A DNA stretch of 64,000 bases from Chrysomallon squamiferum (GCA_012295275.1 CM022673.1:30132001-30196000), one strand, 5' to 3'; positions 1 to 35,038 are shown, numbered from the stretch's first letter. Numbers and translations are program-made. Notes: a model not told the origin generated them from the sequence alone.

Positions 1-1005
1 AATCTGACTTATAAGTGTCAATTACAGTTACATTCGTCAATTAGTTACAAATTTCGGATACATTCCAATTTCAGTAATTATTAGAAGTAAATAAAAAGGT
101 AGTAAACATATGTGTTACGATGTGTGTAAATGGTTAAAATAAATCTGCCTTTCCTAATTTATGAAGATCTTTGCTAAATATTTAAACATTTATATATTTT
201 CTTAGTCTTAAATATTTATATATTTCCTTGAAAATTTCAAATTCCGAATGATTAATCGGCTTGAAGACATTTTGCTCTCTAAATTTTAAAATAGGAAATT
301 GCTAAGCCCGAGGACAAAGAACTTTATTCCATTTCTGATAATAGTATTTATTTATTTATCTAGAGAAATTACTGTTTCTATAGCTTTCGGCTGTTTGATA
401 CATTCAAAATATTCAAAACTGCAGTCCATCAATTAAAATAAATAAATAAATAAATAAGAAATAAAAACAACAACAACAAAAAATTACACTAAAACAAAAT
501 AAAACACAAGAAGCTAAAAAAAAACAAACAATAACAGCAAAACAATTGCAGTAGTAATAAATTTGAAGAATATACTTGTTAGATAATAAATAACGATTAT
601 TATGCTACGTTTTAAATCTTGATTCTTACTCAAAAATACTAAGCATGTTAGATACCAAGTTCTGTCCTCCTTAACTATTAAACCCACATACACTGAAACA
701 GGTAGCTGTGGTTTCATTTTTAGCAGAAGACAACGTAGGCAGCGCTTGTCATAGACTTTAGCGGTTATCCAACAAAGTGGCCGTAGCGGGTTTCCTCTCA
801 GATCTTTGGTGTACAAGAAATGTGTAAAAATTGTGATTATTAAAATGCATTAAATTGTTTTTTAACATAATATATACACATAAATACAAAGAAACATAAA
901 CACTTACACACATACACAAGTACAAACATCCAAAAATACAGATATATACAAATACACTCACACATATACATACACATACATGCACGCATTCATACATATC
1001 TCCAC

Positions 1006-1064
<59 letters not shown>

Positions 1065-2004
1065 CCATATATATAAATGTATGAAAAAAGAGAGAACACA
1101 GAGAACGGTGAACACGTTGATAAAAACAGAGAAATTCAACACAGTTATCGACAGAGAATTATTTGAGGCTACTGGGAGACTTGTTAACATTATGATAGAT
1201 TCCTGAACGTGTTCCAAAATAAATAAAAAATGTTCCTACCTTTGACTGTTTATCATATACCATCTTAACTTTTATAGATATTACGTCGATAACTTTAGCA
1301 AAACATTTTTTTTTCTTTTTTTTAGCTTTTTCTTTTATGTAGTAAATCTCAGAATATTTTTACCGTCAAACTGTCGATATCTTCATAATAAGAACACATC
1401 CTGTAAACTTTATATAATTAATATTCATTATGTCGATAGTAATATATGTTTCCTGTACTATAATATAGTTTGAACGATTTTTATATGTGAAGATACTAAT
1501 ATCTTATGTATAGCTACCATATAATATGCAGTTTGTGACTGTATATTTGTTTAACCAGCGTTCTTCAGACCAGCCATTGTCAACTTTTTGTTGGGGCAAC
1601 ACGGTCGTTTAAAAGCTCTTCTGTTTCCATGGCCTCAAGCATACAACACAAACATACAGAAATAGAAATCTCCTCACGTTTTACAGTCTGTGGCCCCGTT
1701 CAAATTTGCCATAATTATAGTAATATTATTGTCTCCTTTGAGAATAGTTTCTTTCGATAGGTACATGATCAATTTTTGTTAGTTACAGCCCACTACACTT
1801 CCCCAATTTATCGTGAACAATGTTATGTTCTGTTTTGTTTTTGCGCATTGTAAAGCAGAAACATATAACCTATACATTCTGTAAGTTTATAAAACATTTC
1901 TTCATGTTCTTGTTTCATAAATGGTGATTTAAATTTAATTTTATTGTATGTTTTCATGTTTATATACCTTTTATCTGTCACGTTATTTTCTCATGTTATT
2001 TCAG

Positions 2005-20529
<18,525 letters not shown>

Positions 20530-23236
20530 TCATAATAATACAGTTTCTTCTATGTGCTGAGGGAAATACATTTGCTTGTATAGTTTTGATTTGTAGATAA
20601 ATGAAAAAGTATCTCGTTTGATTTTTTGCTCAAAATCTCAAATAGAAAATTCTCAAAAACAAACAGTGCAATATTAAACAAGAACCAAATGAACATGAAT
20701 ATAATTAAATCCAAACATATCTAAGAATAACTCTTGTTTAAAAAATAAATAAGGTAAACTCGTAAAAAGAATTAGAGAATACGTTAACATTCGAGAATAC
20801 GAAAACTAATTAACATGGATAGCAGCTTGAACGCTTTGTTTCTGCTAAAAATTGTACACGGCCTTTTTTTATGTTACATGCCAGACCACTGGTTGTTACA
20901 GTCACATGTCCCCAGTTATAACCAATCGAAATTGCTGAAAAGTGTTCTTGATTCTGGCGTCTCGTTGAATAGAACATTCACTGCTTTCTTCACCAGCTGT
21001 CCATGTCACTACATTCTGAGGCAAACCAGTTCAAAACTTTTAACTGGTGAGTTGATTTTAGCTTTTGTCATATTTTCATTTCTAAAATAAATTTTAAAAA
21101 ATACGTAAAATGCTATTTCAGTATTATTATTTGATTGTTTATTTCATTGTTGTGTACTGCCATTTATATTCGTCCACTGGTAGAATAACTGCATGTGTAT
21201 TTCTGTACATGATGTGAACATTTCCATTATATTTTATTTTACGTTCTGTGATTATCATACATTTGCAAGTATATTATTAATATATGGAAATTTTATTGAC
21301 AAAATGTATATTGATAAAATCATGACTCTTGATTACTTGGCAACCTCATCAGTTCCTTTTAAGGAAACGCAATGAAAATAATCATAATATATATTTATAT
21401 ATATATACTGTCTTAGAGTATTGAAGCTAGTTTGCTGCTTATTTATACATAACTCGGGTTTCGATGTTTCTGATATTGTTAAAGTTATTTTTATAAGATA
21501 ACTGACATAAAAATGTACACTTCCTATTTATACAAACAGAAACTCACAGTCATGTGAAAAGAAAATAATAACTATGACATTAACATTAACATTAACAACA
21601 AAAACAACAACAACAACAGTAAATAAATAAATGAATAGATAGATAGATAGATAGATAATATTATAAATTATTATTTATTAAATAACCTACATTAAGAGAA
21701 TGAACCTAAAAGGAATATCTATCTTTAATTATGCAAATTATTAACTGACCACTCATTGTCAGTCTTACTATTTAATCAGCCAATCAACCGTGGATCATTT
21801 AGTTACCCTTCATGAGAACAGCTAATTTATTAACATTACACTACAGAGATACGATTTTGGCCATGTCTTCATAACGACGGTGATTAACTAAACGAGTGAA
21901 TAACAGATGATTTTTAAAAAACGAACAAAAAAACAAAAACAAAACAACAACACCCAGCAACCTGTTTTTATTATCCTACTTTTAACAGTATGTCTTAAAT
22001 TACTAACATACTGTTGCTATGTAATTTCTTAGGTAATAAAATAATATGTGATTTTTAAAGATACAATATGTCTTCAGGAACTAAAGAAAATGCTTTGTTC
22101 AGCACTCGCTTGCTTTCCAAGTACACCGTTTCCTATTTCGTCATAACACTCAAGATGCACCTAACATCATGGACGAATATACATGGCACAACAATATTAA
22201 TGTACATATTTTCTTTTTCTTTAATTGAATTTCAGATTAGATTGTTAAAATATTTTGGAAGAAGTTAATTTATAAATTTTTAAATGACAAAGCTTAAATC
22301 TTAACCAAAATCGTACCTCTGTAGGGATTACTTGACGGGCTGAAAAGCGATTTAATGATATGTTTTATATTGAAAATGTAAATGAGACAGGGTGACTGAT
22401 GTGTACGTGTTTATGCGTGTGTGTACGTATGTGAATGCGTGCATAAACTTATTAAGAATTGGAGAGAGAGAAAAGTTCGATGACCACCAAAAAGGCCAAG
22501 CGCCAGTTGTATTGTATACAACGCCCATTACTAAGCGTTAGCATCTAAGCTTTCGACCACGGCTTTACATAAAATTAATATTATTTTGTATTAGCATCAG
22601 TTTCTCCAACTCTAAAGTGTTTTGTAGCAATATCAAAACTTTAAATGCGGTATAATTGCATTACCTGTCGATCATCAAAACCGTTTACTTCTAAATTAAT
22701 CAAGGTTTATGGAAAACAGTCATGATACAGATTACTAATTAGAGCTACGTTGGGCATGAATCGCGATTCCACAACAAAACATGGCGTTCTTATTGTTATG
22801 GATATTACGTTTTGAGGCGAAAAGAATTTAATTAAAGATATAAAATAGACGAACCAGGCTGATGGTGAAGGAAGGTTTAACTAAACTTAGTTATAAAACA
22901 AAAGTTGTTTACTAACTACAAATTATGTTTATTGAATTAAAATGAGAATGTATAAATTTGTGAATGGAACTATTAACGATTTGTTTCCACTTTGCTCTTC
23001 ATGTTCATTTTTATCGGCGTAAATGGTCGAATTAAATTGTTATGAACAAAGTATCGATTTCTTTCTTTGCAAATATAGACGTACTGATGTTAGATGCGAC
23101 AAAGTGCTATACGATAATACACAGTGCATTAATATGTCTCTCTTCCTGTCTCTTTCTCTCCGATTCTTGGTATATTTATTTATCTTCGTTTCTTCTATCC
23201 TGTTTATTTGCCTGTTTACCTACCTACCTACCAACA

Positions 23237-23800
<564 letters not shown>

Positions 23801-26560
23801 AGAGACCTACCTACTCTATGGCTGTTTGTCGTCTGTTTGTCTCTCTCTTTCGTTACATTTCCTTCTCCTTGAATACTGTCTGTTAAAATGTAGTTTTTGT
23901 TTGTTCCATTTTTTTAGTTTTTCATTTTTTCTTCCTTCCTTTGTCTGTCTATTTTACTTCTTATCTTTCTTTTTATAACCGAACCAATTTCAGACTTCCA
24001 GTTACTATAAAAGAATATTAGCTCAAGAAGATTTTGTAGCTGGATGCAATTGAAAATTATTGCCGACATTCCTGGCTTATTTCTCCAGCTGAACTAAACT
24101 GTCATGGAAAATGACTTACAGCTAATCTTCCTAAAACTGGAACTGCATCACTTTGAAAGAACATGTTAAACAAATTGTATCAAACTCAACGAGGTGCAAG
24201 TTGAGCTGGAGATGTAATGTTCTAAATCAGCTTTTTGATTGACATTTTCAACGAGAAATATCCCATATCAGTGTCGAAATGCTTACAAAGGAAAATTAGC
24301 GGCGAATGTTATTCGATCTAAAAATACAGCTTTACAAAACCACATTTCAGAAGTTCCATCAACAACACAGACACGTGTGACTTTGTAACAGTCGGCTGCC
24401 GTTGAATTTGTTAAGTTGACATGTTTGATAACAATTGTTGTAAAAAAGAATGTAATATTCTAGACACGTGACCACTGATACCAGTATTATAGAATTCAGA
24501 GTAAAAATAAAATGTATAATGCAACCAGTTTGTTATCGTTAACATTCTAGCTTGGTATGTTTGTTACCTCTCAAAAAAATTTAACTGATTAAAACAGGTG
24601 TTAATTCAGTTAATCCAGATGGTCTGGTGACTAAGCAACTCATTCAAGTAAGAAATAAAATAATAATAATTTAATTATAAAATCTATTCACTTTGCATAA
24701 CAAAACTGGTTAATACTGTTTAGCAAAAATAATTAAAATGACATCTTAAATATTAAATGAATACTGCATGGAAAGTTCAGTCACATATTACTGCTTCTGA
24801 GAAAGTTATTGACAAAATAAACTTTAATGGAGCTTTGGGCCTTGCTAAACCAGATCTTCTACCTCAAAAGCCAAGTGACAGTGGCAAGTGACAATATTAA
24901 GACGATAATTTTCTGGTGTGCTGGAGCTGCCTGGATGAGCTGTTTATAGGTTTATTTATGAACTCTGCAGTAAATAATGGTTAAGTTTACAGGAACATTT
25001 AACTGTAATACTGCATCAGATAATCAGAGACCGTTTAACTTTAAGGTCAAGTATCATTGGACTAATACTAACACCATAAGGAGCATCGAATCATCGAACT
25101 AAATGACAATTACTTTGCTTATGTTAATTGCTAACTTAATTTCTATTGTAAATACAATGTTACTGTATTGGATTGAGAAAAATAATAATAAAGAGTATTT
25201 CCTTATTAACTAGGTATGTAACTTTTCACAGTGTAGGGGCACTGAGGGTAGACATATTAGGATGTAATGCCGATCGATGCATTTCTTAATAATGAGACAT
25301 TTGGACTTTAAGAATATATTTATCAAGAATGTGCCCATTTTAAAGCTACTGTAGGGTGCCTATGATCCAGTTTAACTAGGTTGTGTCGAAGAATATTATA
25401 TTAATCTGGAAGTATGTAACTGACTTTTAAAGGTTTCATTGAGAAAAATAACCTTCAAAATACAATAGGTAAGAATTACAAGAATGGCTGAAATAAAATA
25501 ATAATTTAGGCCATTTGCTTCTTGAAGTCCCTATATTACAATATACAATTATTGATCAACGAAGATTAGCTTAAAAGTGATGATAAACATAACTCAATAT
25601 TTGTTTGCCATTTTACGATACACGACACGTCTTGTATGAGCTTCGGAATTTATTCAGTCGGGAAATAAAACATTCAATGTTGTTGCCTTAATTCTTTCTT
25701 TCTATCTTCCAGACCCTATATTCTGCCAACACGTTGCCTATTTTCACTTATGACGTTATCAGTGAAATGTGAAATTAAATTATTATGTCTTTCTCAAAAT
25801 AGTTATTTCTGTAGCATTTATATAATATATTAATACTGTCAAAATAACAGATTTATTTCGTAAAGAGTCGCTTAACGCTGACTGCAGTCATAATTCATTC
25901 TGACAGTGATAATGGATCCGATGAATACTAATTGTTTTAACTGATTTTACATTATTACCGAACATTACAGAACGACTGTCATGTTACCGGACGACTTTAG
26001 AGTAGTATTAACACATAACTACATATATGTATATATAATAAAATATCCCATGTAATATGACTTACTAGCTAACTAATTAATGACAACAAGAACAATAATA
26101 ATAATAACAAACAAAATAAATAAATAAATAAATAAAAGTAAATTTATAACAAAAGAATGTTTAGGTTTGATACATTATTGTTTGCAAAAAATGGTGTATT
26201 CATCTTTTCTGTCTTTTTTTTTATCTTCTAATTCTGTTATCATTTAAAATTATTTGATTATAAATCATTTTGACAGTTTAGTTGCAAAGAAATACGCAAA
26301 AATGCTGACTCGTAAACGGCTTAATAGCTAATATTGCCACATTCATTATGGTGCTATGACGAAAGATAATGTTATAAACATTGCAGTGAGACTCAAGAAT
26401 TTGATTATTCCTCACTAAACAATTGTACAAAAACAAGTGCCGTTGTTCTGAAATGAAACAAAGCATAATGAATTATGCCACAGTGCCTTTTTGCATATGT
26501 TGGTATATATATGAACTGGTATATAATTACTTATAATTATATTTTTTCTACCTGCAGACT

Positions 26561-26591
<31 letters not shown>

Positions 26592-29164
26592 ATTCCAATA
26601 AGTCATTTACTTTAAACAAAGGTATCAGATTTGAAATTTTCTTTTTCTGTAGTATTGCAACCTATTCAGTCATACGACCATTTATTAGATAGTTTGTTCA
26701 TTATTATCCATCCATATCTATCAATTAATCCGGTTTTGTTCTGTACAGAAATACGCCAGTCCCTGACATTTCTTTAGTGCAAATTATCACATTCTTATTA
26801 CTAGCATAGAATACTGATTCAGTGCTAGACTAAAAGGTGCTTAAAGCATTTATGAAAATATTACACCAGCAATACTTTACATTATTCTATGAGTAATGTG
26901 TTTTGGTTTACTTTTGTATATTTGTAGTTGTTCTCTTTTAGCATACATTTGTATGTATATGACTTTGTATATGTCTTTGTAATGTATGCTTCACTTCTAT
27001 TTGATGTATTTCCATTTTTTTCAACATTTATGTTTTGTTACTTTTACAGAGCATCTCGACGCCATCAACCAACAAAGCTCAGATTTTCAAAACGAGTCTC
27101 CAACTCTGACAGCTCACTGATAACTTCAGCAACACCTTCACTGACAGTTCATGGTTTTGCTGTCAGGAAAAATTGTCCTTTGTGTTACCTATAGAAATTA
27201 GTTTTCTCTTAAAGGATTCCAAATGCGGAAAGCAATCAAATGCCATTTAGTCTGCTCTGAAATTTGAAAATTAGTATATTTATTATTGTTATTTTTTTAA
27301 TATATATATTTTGTTATAATTATTGTTATTTATTTGTTTTCATAACAGAAATAGTGAACTGTGATTATATCTACATGATGATACAGTCATTAATTTTGTG
27401 AACTGTTATGTTTTGTTAAATTCTGTTTGATATTGTATAGTGAAATACAATGTACTTATTTATGTGTTTGTTATTTTTTCTTGTTCCACAGATGTTGATT
27501 TATGTTGAATAATTATTTTGATATGTTGTATTAGGAGAAAATCACACTGTTAGACAATATCTGACCTGAACATCTAATGCAAATATACTCATATTATAAT
27601 ATAATATAATATTATACAATACAATACAATATAAAAATTAAATGATGTTAACAGAATTATTAAAAATCACATTCAAAACAATTATTTTCGGACGAATTAA
27701 AAAGTTCCGAATTTGCATAGACGGAAGCAAAAAGATTTGTATTAAGTTAAAACCATAACAGAGTTTGTGAAGTGATATATATGAAAAGTATTTATTTACT
27801 GGAATAAACGCAACAAACATAGCGGTATATTTATATAATAAGTGGAAAAATAATACTTTAATGAAAAATAGAAACACGCACTCGTGATTCCATGAACGAA
27901 CAGCAGATGACAATAAGCCAAATGCTGCTCAGAAATAACCCTACAAGTGAATTTGAAAAATAATATAAATCGATACAATCGGAAGAAATAGTTCATCATA
28001 TGTGACAAGACTTATTAGAAATCGTGATGTTATTTTTAGACAAGTGAACAGAGACAAGATAATATAGATAAGATAAATGGGTTATATATAAAGAATATTA
28101 TCAATGATCAGTCATACATCACTCAACTTCACGTCAATCTGGTATTTGACAGGAGACGGAAAGGAAGTGTAAGGGATTCGCAAAGCAATATTAAAAACCA
28201 AAATATGCGAAAACGATTAAAAAACATTACTATATATACAACTATAGAACATCAATTCGTAAATTTCTGTCCGTGTAATTTTCAAACTCCATATGTAACA
28301 TCATCATTTCATTAAGAAATTACACGTCAAACTATCAATAGTTCAACGATTATTGTACAGGCAACAGTCAGCTATCCATGAAACTGTGCTCATAATGTTT
28401 GCTATTAAGTTATAAACTGATAAAACTTTGAAGACATCAGCAGCTTGTGATCGTGAAGCATTGTCAATATGAGCAGGCAACAGGTTTTAAAAATATTACA
28501 ACTGTAAACTGCCAGAACTTTTCTCTGTATGAAGCTACCGATGATTTATGACGTACCTATAATTCTGTAATATGAGAAACTTTACATATGCTGTTAAATA
28601 GGATTTTCTTCTCTTAAAACTAGCAGACTTCTTCGTTGCTGATATTAATATCACATCGTACAAATAATATCCTTTAAAAGAATGCTTTGGCTTGTTATGG
28701 ACAATTGGTCATTGATTTTATTTTTCTGAAACTTTGCAGTATTACCTGGTTATATTTGGGAAAGCAGTCTTACCTATTCACATGCAGATTTTACTAGAAT
28801 GAGCAGGATATCCTGACTGTTTAAGAGAATTATAACCAGTCAAATTGATTTCTTGAAATAGGCAGTTTAAATCAAACATATATTGATAGGACGGGGTAAG
28901 CCGTTGAGCCATCCCTGCTTAAAGCTTTCAGGACTGATATACCTGAAGGATGAGCCATTTGTTGATATAGAAAACATAAGTTTTTTTCTTTAGAAAAAGC
29001 TGTTCTGAACCAAGGTCAGTGTGGAACTCAACCAAACAGGTATGTAAATTTCAATGTAACAGATGTTCCTTTGTGGAAATGCAGTTAATACTGGTACAGA
29101 TAGGTATTATTGTCGCCTGTTTTCTTTATACTGAATTAATTGGTTACAATAATCTACTAAACCC

Positions 29165-29267
29165 AGCATATAGGCATGTAGTGTAAGCATATAGGCATGT
29201 AGTGTAAGCATATAGGCATGTAGTGTAAGCATATAGGCATATAGTGTAAGCATATAGGCATGTCGTG
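29165..29267. repeat. 21-bp tandem repeat x5
   Basis: agcatataggcatgtagtgta repeated five times with minor variants. Confidence 0.93.
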
Positions 29268-30976
29268 CAATTGATTATGGGACAAATTGTGCCAAGGCTC
29301 AGTTTACCATGCTCTTTTTAATTATTTTTTTTGGTGAAAAATAATTTAGGAATACTTTATAGCATTTGTTTGATTGTTTGTTTAATATTGATTTAATTAC
29401 TTAGATTAAATTAATATTGGTCACGACAAAATGTATTTTGTTTGATTATGCATATGACGAAGCCAAAGGACTACGCATAGTAAAGGTCAACTTGAAGATT
29501 AACGCAGATGTCACATTTATTTCAAAAGCTGTTGGGGGAATGAACATGAAGATCTTGCCAGTTTGTGTGCCGATGTACAGTGACAAATGGATGGTTGTCT
29601 AGAGGCTGATCTATTTAGAACACATGCTGCTAAGATATTAAGCCGATGAAGTCCCACGTCAATCATAAGTGCAGTGATATAGATTGCTACTCTGCATTGA
29701 TCTTGGAGTCTTAGATTTCTGTTTCCTTTTTGTAACCGTATCTGTGACAATCGTTCATCACTACTGAATACGAAAGGTTATCCTTGTTTTGCACTCATTT
29801 ATTACGTATGTATGTCGTGATCAAGATTCCGTCCATGAAGCGTTCGATGATCTAAAAGGTTTGCCTGATGCTACCAAACGCCCACCTCCAAAATGTGAAC
29901 ATTTTTTGTTTTACAGTGCTAAAATAAAAATGTTCTAATTTATTAGTTAAAACAGACCACAGCTAATAGTTACATTTTCATTTGAAATTAATCATATGCG
30001 CAGAGAATGACACAAACAAAAATACTTGATCTGGTTGAGTTAAAATAAAATGTGTTTTTGGAAATGACTGATCAAATTATGAAAAACAGGAAAAACTGGT
30101 CGAGTGGTGATTTCCTAGAACTTGTAAAACCCTGAATGTGGTTGCTTAGTTTTCAATTAAATACGGTTAATGTACACTGATCTCACGTTATCGTTATTTT
30201 TTTTTTAAAAGCAAACTTTTCATTTTAGCTTTTTTTAAAGCACGAATATGTCAAGTATTAAGTGTGTCGTTTTAGGAAAACCGTAATACGTTTTCTACAA
30301 ACTTAACTGACAGATTTTTCTTCTAAAAGTAAGTAAGTAAAGTACTGTTTTCTCTACTGTTTATTTTCTACTACACTTATTAATTATTTTTTCCCCTTAC
30401 TTATTTTTCTTCTATATTCATAAATTCTTTAAATTATTCAGCCCTTTTTAAAAAGGTCTTACAATATTAAAGAAATATATATTTTCCCCATTTCTTTTCC
30501 TCCTCCTTTCTTGTTTATTCTTTGTTCATATATAATTTAATTAATTCTCTCTTATTGTAATTCAAACTTAATACTTGATATTTTTGAAATATAGTTATAC
30601 ATTTCAAATCATTGAGTGTTTTTTTCTTCTTTTTTTTTTGTTGTGCTGCAATTCATTCTTTCTGTAATTAATTTTATAATCATTTTTTTTTATAGATAAT
30701 ATTGCTACTGATTTTTGTTTCATTGATTCTTTTTTCTCCTTTCGGGTCTTCATTTTTGTTGTCCATTAATTCATTCTTTGTTTCCTTCTTTCTTTCTTTG
30801 TTTCCATAACCCATATTTAAATATAATTTTCCAAGCAGCAGCTAATGAGTCTAACTATATGAAAGCCTTTACGTTTATTTGTTTATTGTAATTTATTTAC
30901 TAAATAATAATTAATAATATTTATTTACTAATTATAGTTGCTATTATTGCTGTTGTTGTTGTTGTTGTTATTATTA

Positions 30977-31007
<31 letters not shown>

Positions 31008-32264
31008 AAAAATAGCTATAGTAGCTAGACTATGTACGTGTGTATGTAGGTATGAATGTTACATATGTATGTATCTACTACTTATATAGTGAATATAAAC
31101 TAATGTGGATCAGTTTTTGTTCAGAGATGGTAATAACTTAGAAAGAATCAGCCCTTGAATGAGGCTTCTGTCTGGGCTTCAACATATAGAGATTTCCTAT
31201 TATAGGAAAAAAAGCTATTGTTGAAAAGAGAATTAACTTCTGATGAGGTTTCAGTTATAGCTGATCGTGCTAACAAACCGAGCGATAGCTTTAAAAGTTT
31301 CAGGTTTTTGATAAAAAGTTAAATGGCGTCATCAGGGAATAGTAACAAATATTCATAATGAAGTGTAGTCACTCTCTGCCACAGTGTTCAACGTTAGTTT
31401 TTTATATAAGAAAAAACCCAGGCAATATGTGGATTCCTAAATAGTTTAGGCAATTTACTCATTGCCTGACTTTTCAAGGTAATTTCTGGAATGAAATATC
31501 CGCAATTCATTGATAGTAACTTTAGAAAAGATAAAGCCAACTAATGAAAAGAAAAAACCAAACAGCATGAACAAACAAAAAAGAAAAACAACAAAAAACA
31601 AATATTATTTAATTATTTCATTTATTTCAAAGACAAATCTGAACAAGACTCAGACGAATGGTGTCTCTTCGCTAAAACCCTAGGCATGAAGGATTTTAAT
31701 CATCGACATCAGGATAATTAGAAACTGTATAATAGTCTCTGTATTATTATTAGTAGTAGTATTTGTATTATTATTATTATCAGTGCTAGTAGTAATAATA
31801 GTAGATATAGCAGTATCAGTTGGTTTCTTTATCTGTATATATCTGTCAGTGTTTGTGCGCTCTTTGGAGTGATCTGTTCAGGCCAAAATGTGAAATCTTG
31901 TTCACAGTACTGTAAATGGTGGTCAACAGAATATCTTAATTTCTTTCTTTCCATTGTTTTGTTTTTTTGACCCTGAAATTATTGCCATCATCATCAAGCG
32001 GAAAATATTTTTTGGGGTATGATTCGTCTGACATTTTCACTGTCACCTTTACTCATATTCACCCCAAAATTGGACATGTGCCAAAGTTTTAAACATTTAA
32101 AAAACAAAAACAAGACAACGATAACAACAAACAAACTAACAAAAAAAACAACAACACAAATAATCATTTATTTTAATTAAACGTTTTTATTTATTGACAA
32201 CTAAAGTTTAATAATCGATGGATTATTATGAATATCATTAATTCCCATCCTACTAGAAAGAATC

Positions 32265-32390
32265 TTCACCTTGTTCCATGTTTACTTAATAGCTGGAAAT
32301 AATGAACTGTTGTTTCTGAAAGTTCTTGAACTCAATTTGGACGACAGTGCCCCACAAATTCTCTGTATGATTCAATTGGGAACAGCTCAT
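32265..32390 (-). mobile_element. Decayed Tc1/mariner-type transposase C-terminal fragment
   Basis: Minus strand with one frameshift reads SQLNHTENLWG/ALSSKLSSRTFRNNSSLFPAIK*TWNKV, resembling the Tc1 pattern SPDLNPIENLW...L..AI...W..I. Confidence 0.45.
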
Positions 32391-33086
32391 TCGATAGGTA
32401 TGCTATGAAATGTGCTCATCACAGGCTCTACTAGAGCCAAGTCAGCCAGATTTGTTGCCAGTTCATCCTGATCACATCTTGCTGCTTCAGAAAGTCCGAT
32501 GTCATCACACTTGAAGAGTGTGTACATATATGGCCCTTCTATAACACGGTAGGAGTTTTGTTCGAACAACCAGGCGACGGCAGCGCAATATTTCTTTCGT
32601 ATATTGCCATCCTGAAGTCAAGCAAGAACCCTTTCACGATCTTCATAGCAGCTTCATCGAAGTTAGAGTAGGTTCCATAAGATTCATGCTTCATCCATCT
32701 ACAGGGAAATTATGCGTGCTTCACACGAAGTGCATGCGCAAAGCGTACAAACGATTTGTGATAAAACAACTAATACACACGGGAAGAATTTTCCGTTGGT
32801 CCACTTCTGACGATTAAAACTCAACAATATGAAGAAAACCTGACTCAAATTCATTACTGGTTTGATTAGAAGCAGTCTGGAACATTTTTTTTCAAATTCT
32901 GTATCTCGTGTGGCATTAACTCTACAATTTATAGAAATGTTTAGATGATGCGTAATTATATTCTGACTTCCATAAGTATTTCCATTAGCGTAGCCAAATT
33001 CTGGAAATACCAGCAGTCTAGTTATTAGCGTTACGAATGATTAATTTTGTCTGAATGACTAATTTATTTATTTGTTTGTTTGTTTG

Positions 33087-33155
<69 letters not shown>

Positions 33156-33765
33156 GTATTGATGTGTTGATTTAGTGATTGTGATGGATGTTAATGCGAA
33201 TGGTGGGTCAACCGATAATCCCAACTTCTTTCTTTCTGATTCTATTTCGTTGTCTTAAAGTTACGGCCTTCGTCATAAAGTACGATAATCCTGTTTCTGC
33301 AGGAGGATGACAACTGATTACTTCCCTTAGACCCAAAAATATGTACATTAGTCTTTGCTTCGAAGTAGAAAAGAAATCAACTTATTAACCTATATTAATA
33401 AGAACATCATCGGAAAGAATCTTTAACTATTTTGAATATCTAAAACAGTTGAGGAATTTTTTTTAGGAATTTTGTTTGAAAAATTAAGCCGAGACCTAAT
33501 CCTAAAAATAAGCCGTAATGTATTTTGCAAGTTAGTAAATGATATTTGTTTAACAAGTTGAAAAAAAAATTACCACTTCCGATGTTTTTTTCAAAATCAG
33601 AAAAAAGGAAAGTGATATGACCGTAGATACTTTTAAAATAGAAGTATTCTAAAATTTGATTTATGGGGGATTGTGGTTTTATCATGTTCTGCTTGACACA
33701 GATAAACAAACGTTTCCTATTAATAACGTTTTCGAAATGAAAACGTATTCTGCTCTTTATTTCAG

Positions 33766-33855
33766 TGCAAATTGGAAAGCTTGTATTTTCTGAAGTCAGA
33801 ATATTTTCCCGATGCCAGCGAACTTCCAGTTCAAGTTTTCTGAGACTGACTACAG
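33766..33855 (+). pseudogene. Hog-gene paralog remnant 1: 5' half of Hint exon 4, interrupted by a MULE
   Basis: ttcag|TG CAA ATT GGA AAG CTT GTA TTT TCT GAA GTC AGA; VQIGKLVFSEVRIFSRCQRTSSSSFLRLTT aligns with 44533 onward. The upstream intron is also similar to ~44470-44532. Confidence 0.85.
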
Positions 33856-35038
33856 TTGGGGTAACATTTGGGGTAACATTTGCCCCCGGACAACTATCCC
33901 CTGGACCACTGCTCCCCCCAGGACAGTTGCCACCATTTTTTCTTCCAGTAATGATTTCAAGCATAATGACATATATACATGTATTAGGACAAGTTCTTTA
34001 ATACTTCAAAAATAATAGACCACAATTAAAATGAATTTCAGAGTAGTCTGTCCATAGTTCTCTAGTAAAGCTTTGTATAGCAACAGTTCATTCAAAAGTA
34101 CAGGTTCAACTATAACCTTGTGTGCTAAGGCACTTCTTACAAGAGTTCAATGACACTTTTCAGTTTTCACACTTTTATGTTGTGTGCTGTTCCTCTCAAA
34201 TAGTCCAGGACCTGTCGGTTTTCATACTGTCTGACCAGCCTCAACAAACGCAGTGATGCTTCTTGGTATTTTCGATGAAGTGGCTGAGATGCTTCCCCAC
34301 CAGTCGTATGGTTTATTTTTAGTTCATTCGTGCTTGTTCACGCTTTAAAATACATTCCAGAAAATTAGATGTAGACACCATTGTTTGATCGGAAGCAACG
34401 GTGCCACCCTTCCACGAAGTTGTTATTCTGCATCAAATTCTATTCCAACCCCTGGTGCATGTTCCACAAGCATCCAGTCACAGTACAGTTTAGCTTTACA
34501 GATATGTTGCCTTCTTCCTTCACACTCATAAGAAATCACTCCATCACTGAGTTTCTTCTGTCGGACATACGCATAGATTTTATGGCAAGTTTTGGATGAC
34601 CTCACTCTGACGCAGTGGACTTCATCTTATAGAATATAATATGTTTGCTATAAGGCATGACCTAATATACTGTTTCATTCATTTCAATTATACTTACCTG
34701 CCAAATCAAAGGAAGCTTTATCATTTAATTAAGCTGAATTAGTAATTGGCTGACTCTAGTGAGCTTTGATGTTAGATGATATTGTAGAAGATGTTTTAGC
34801 AGATGAAAGTAAGCCAAATGCCTTTACTCAAGTTTAATTATTAATTAGCTGACTCTAGTCAGCTTTGACCAGTTTACTGGAGTTAGTAATATAAATTCCT
34901 TTAACAAAGTTTAATGTAACACATTTTGACTAATTTATTGGAACGTTGCTTGAAAATCATTCTGAATGGTATATTTGAAGAAAAATCGAGGGGCAGTTGT
35001 TCGGGGAGCATTGTCCGGGGGGCAACTGTCCTGATCCC
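33856..35038 (-). mobile_element. Internally deleted FLYWCH-MULE (Mutator/Phantom-like) DNA transposon
   Basis: Minus strand: FLYWCH-like YAYVRQKKLSDGVISYECEGRRQHICKAKL (~34480-34580) is joined directly to C-terminal motifs NNFVEGWHRCF, LKREQ and KYQEASLRLLRLVRQYENRQVLDYLRGTAHNI. Inverted subterminal arrays of ggacaa(c)tgcccc at ~33870-33935 and ~34990-35038. Confidence 0.85.

Noticed and set aside
652-711. Candidate upstream GPCR exon ending ACA G|gtagct
   Set aside because: Phase fits, but it lacks the expected first cysteine of the hormone-binding domain and has a poor acceptor
29400-29900. Coding-like, more GC-balanced stretch (also 35940-36260)
   Set aside because: All frames are interrupted and no recognisable motif is present
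31875-31920. Exon-2-like segment GQNVKSCSQYCK upstream of Hog remnant 1
   Set aside because: Weak splice sites, and no matching exon 1 or exon 3 nearby
33440-34015. ORFs with PGQLSPGPLLPPGQLPP / GGNCPGG motifs
   Set aside because: Translations of the MULE subterminal repeats
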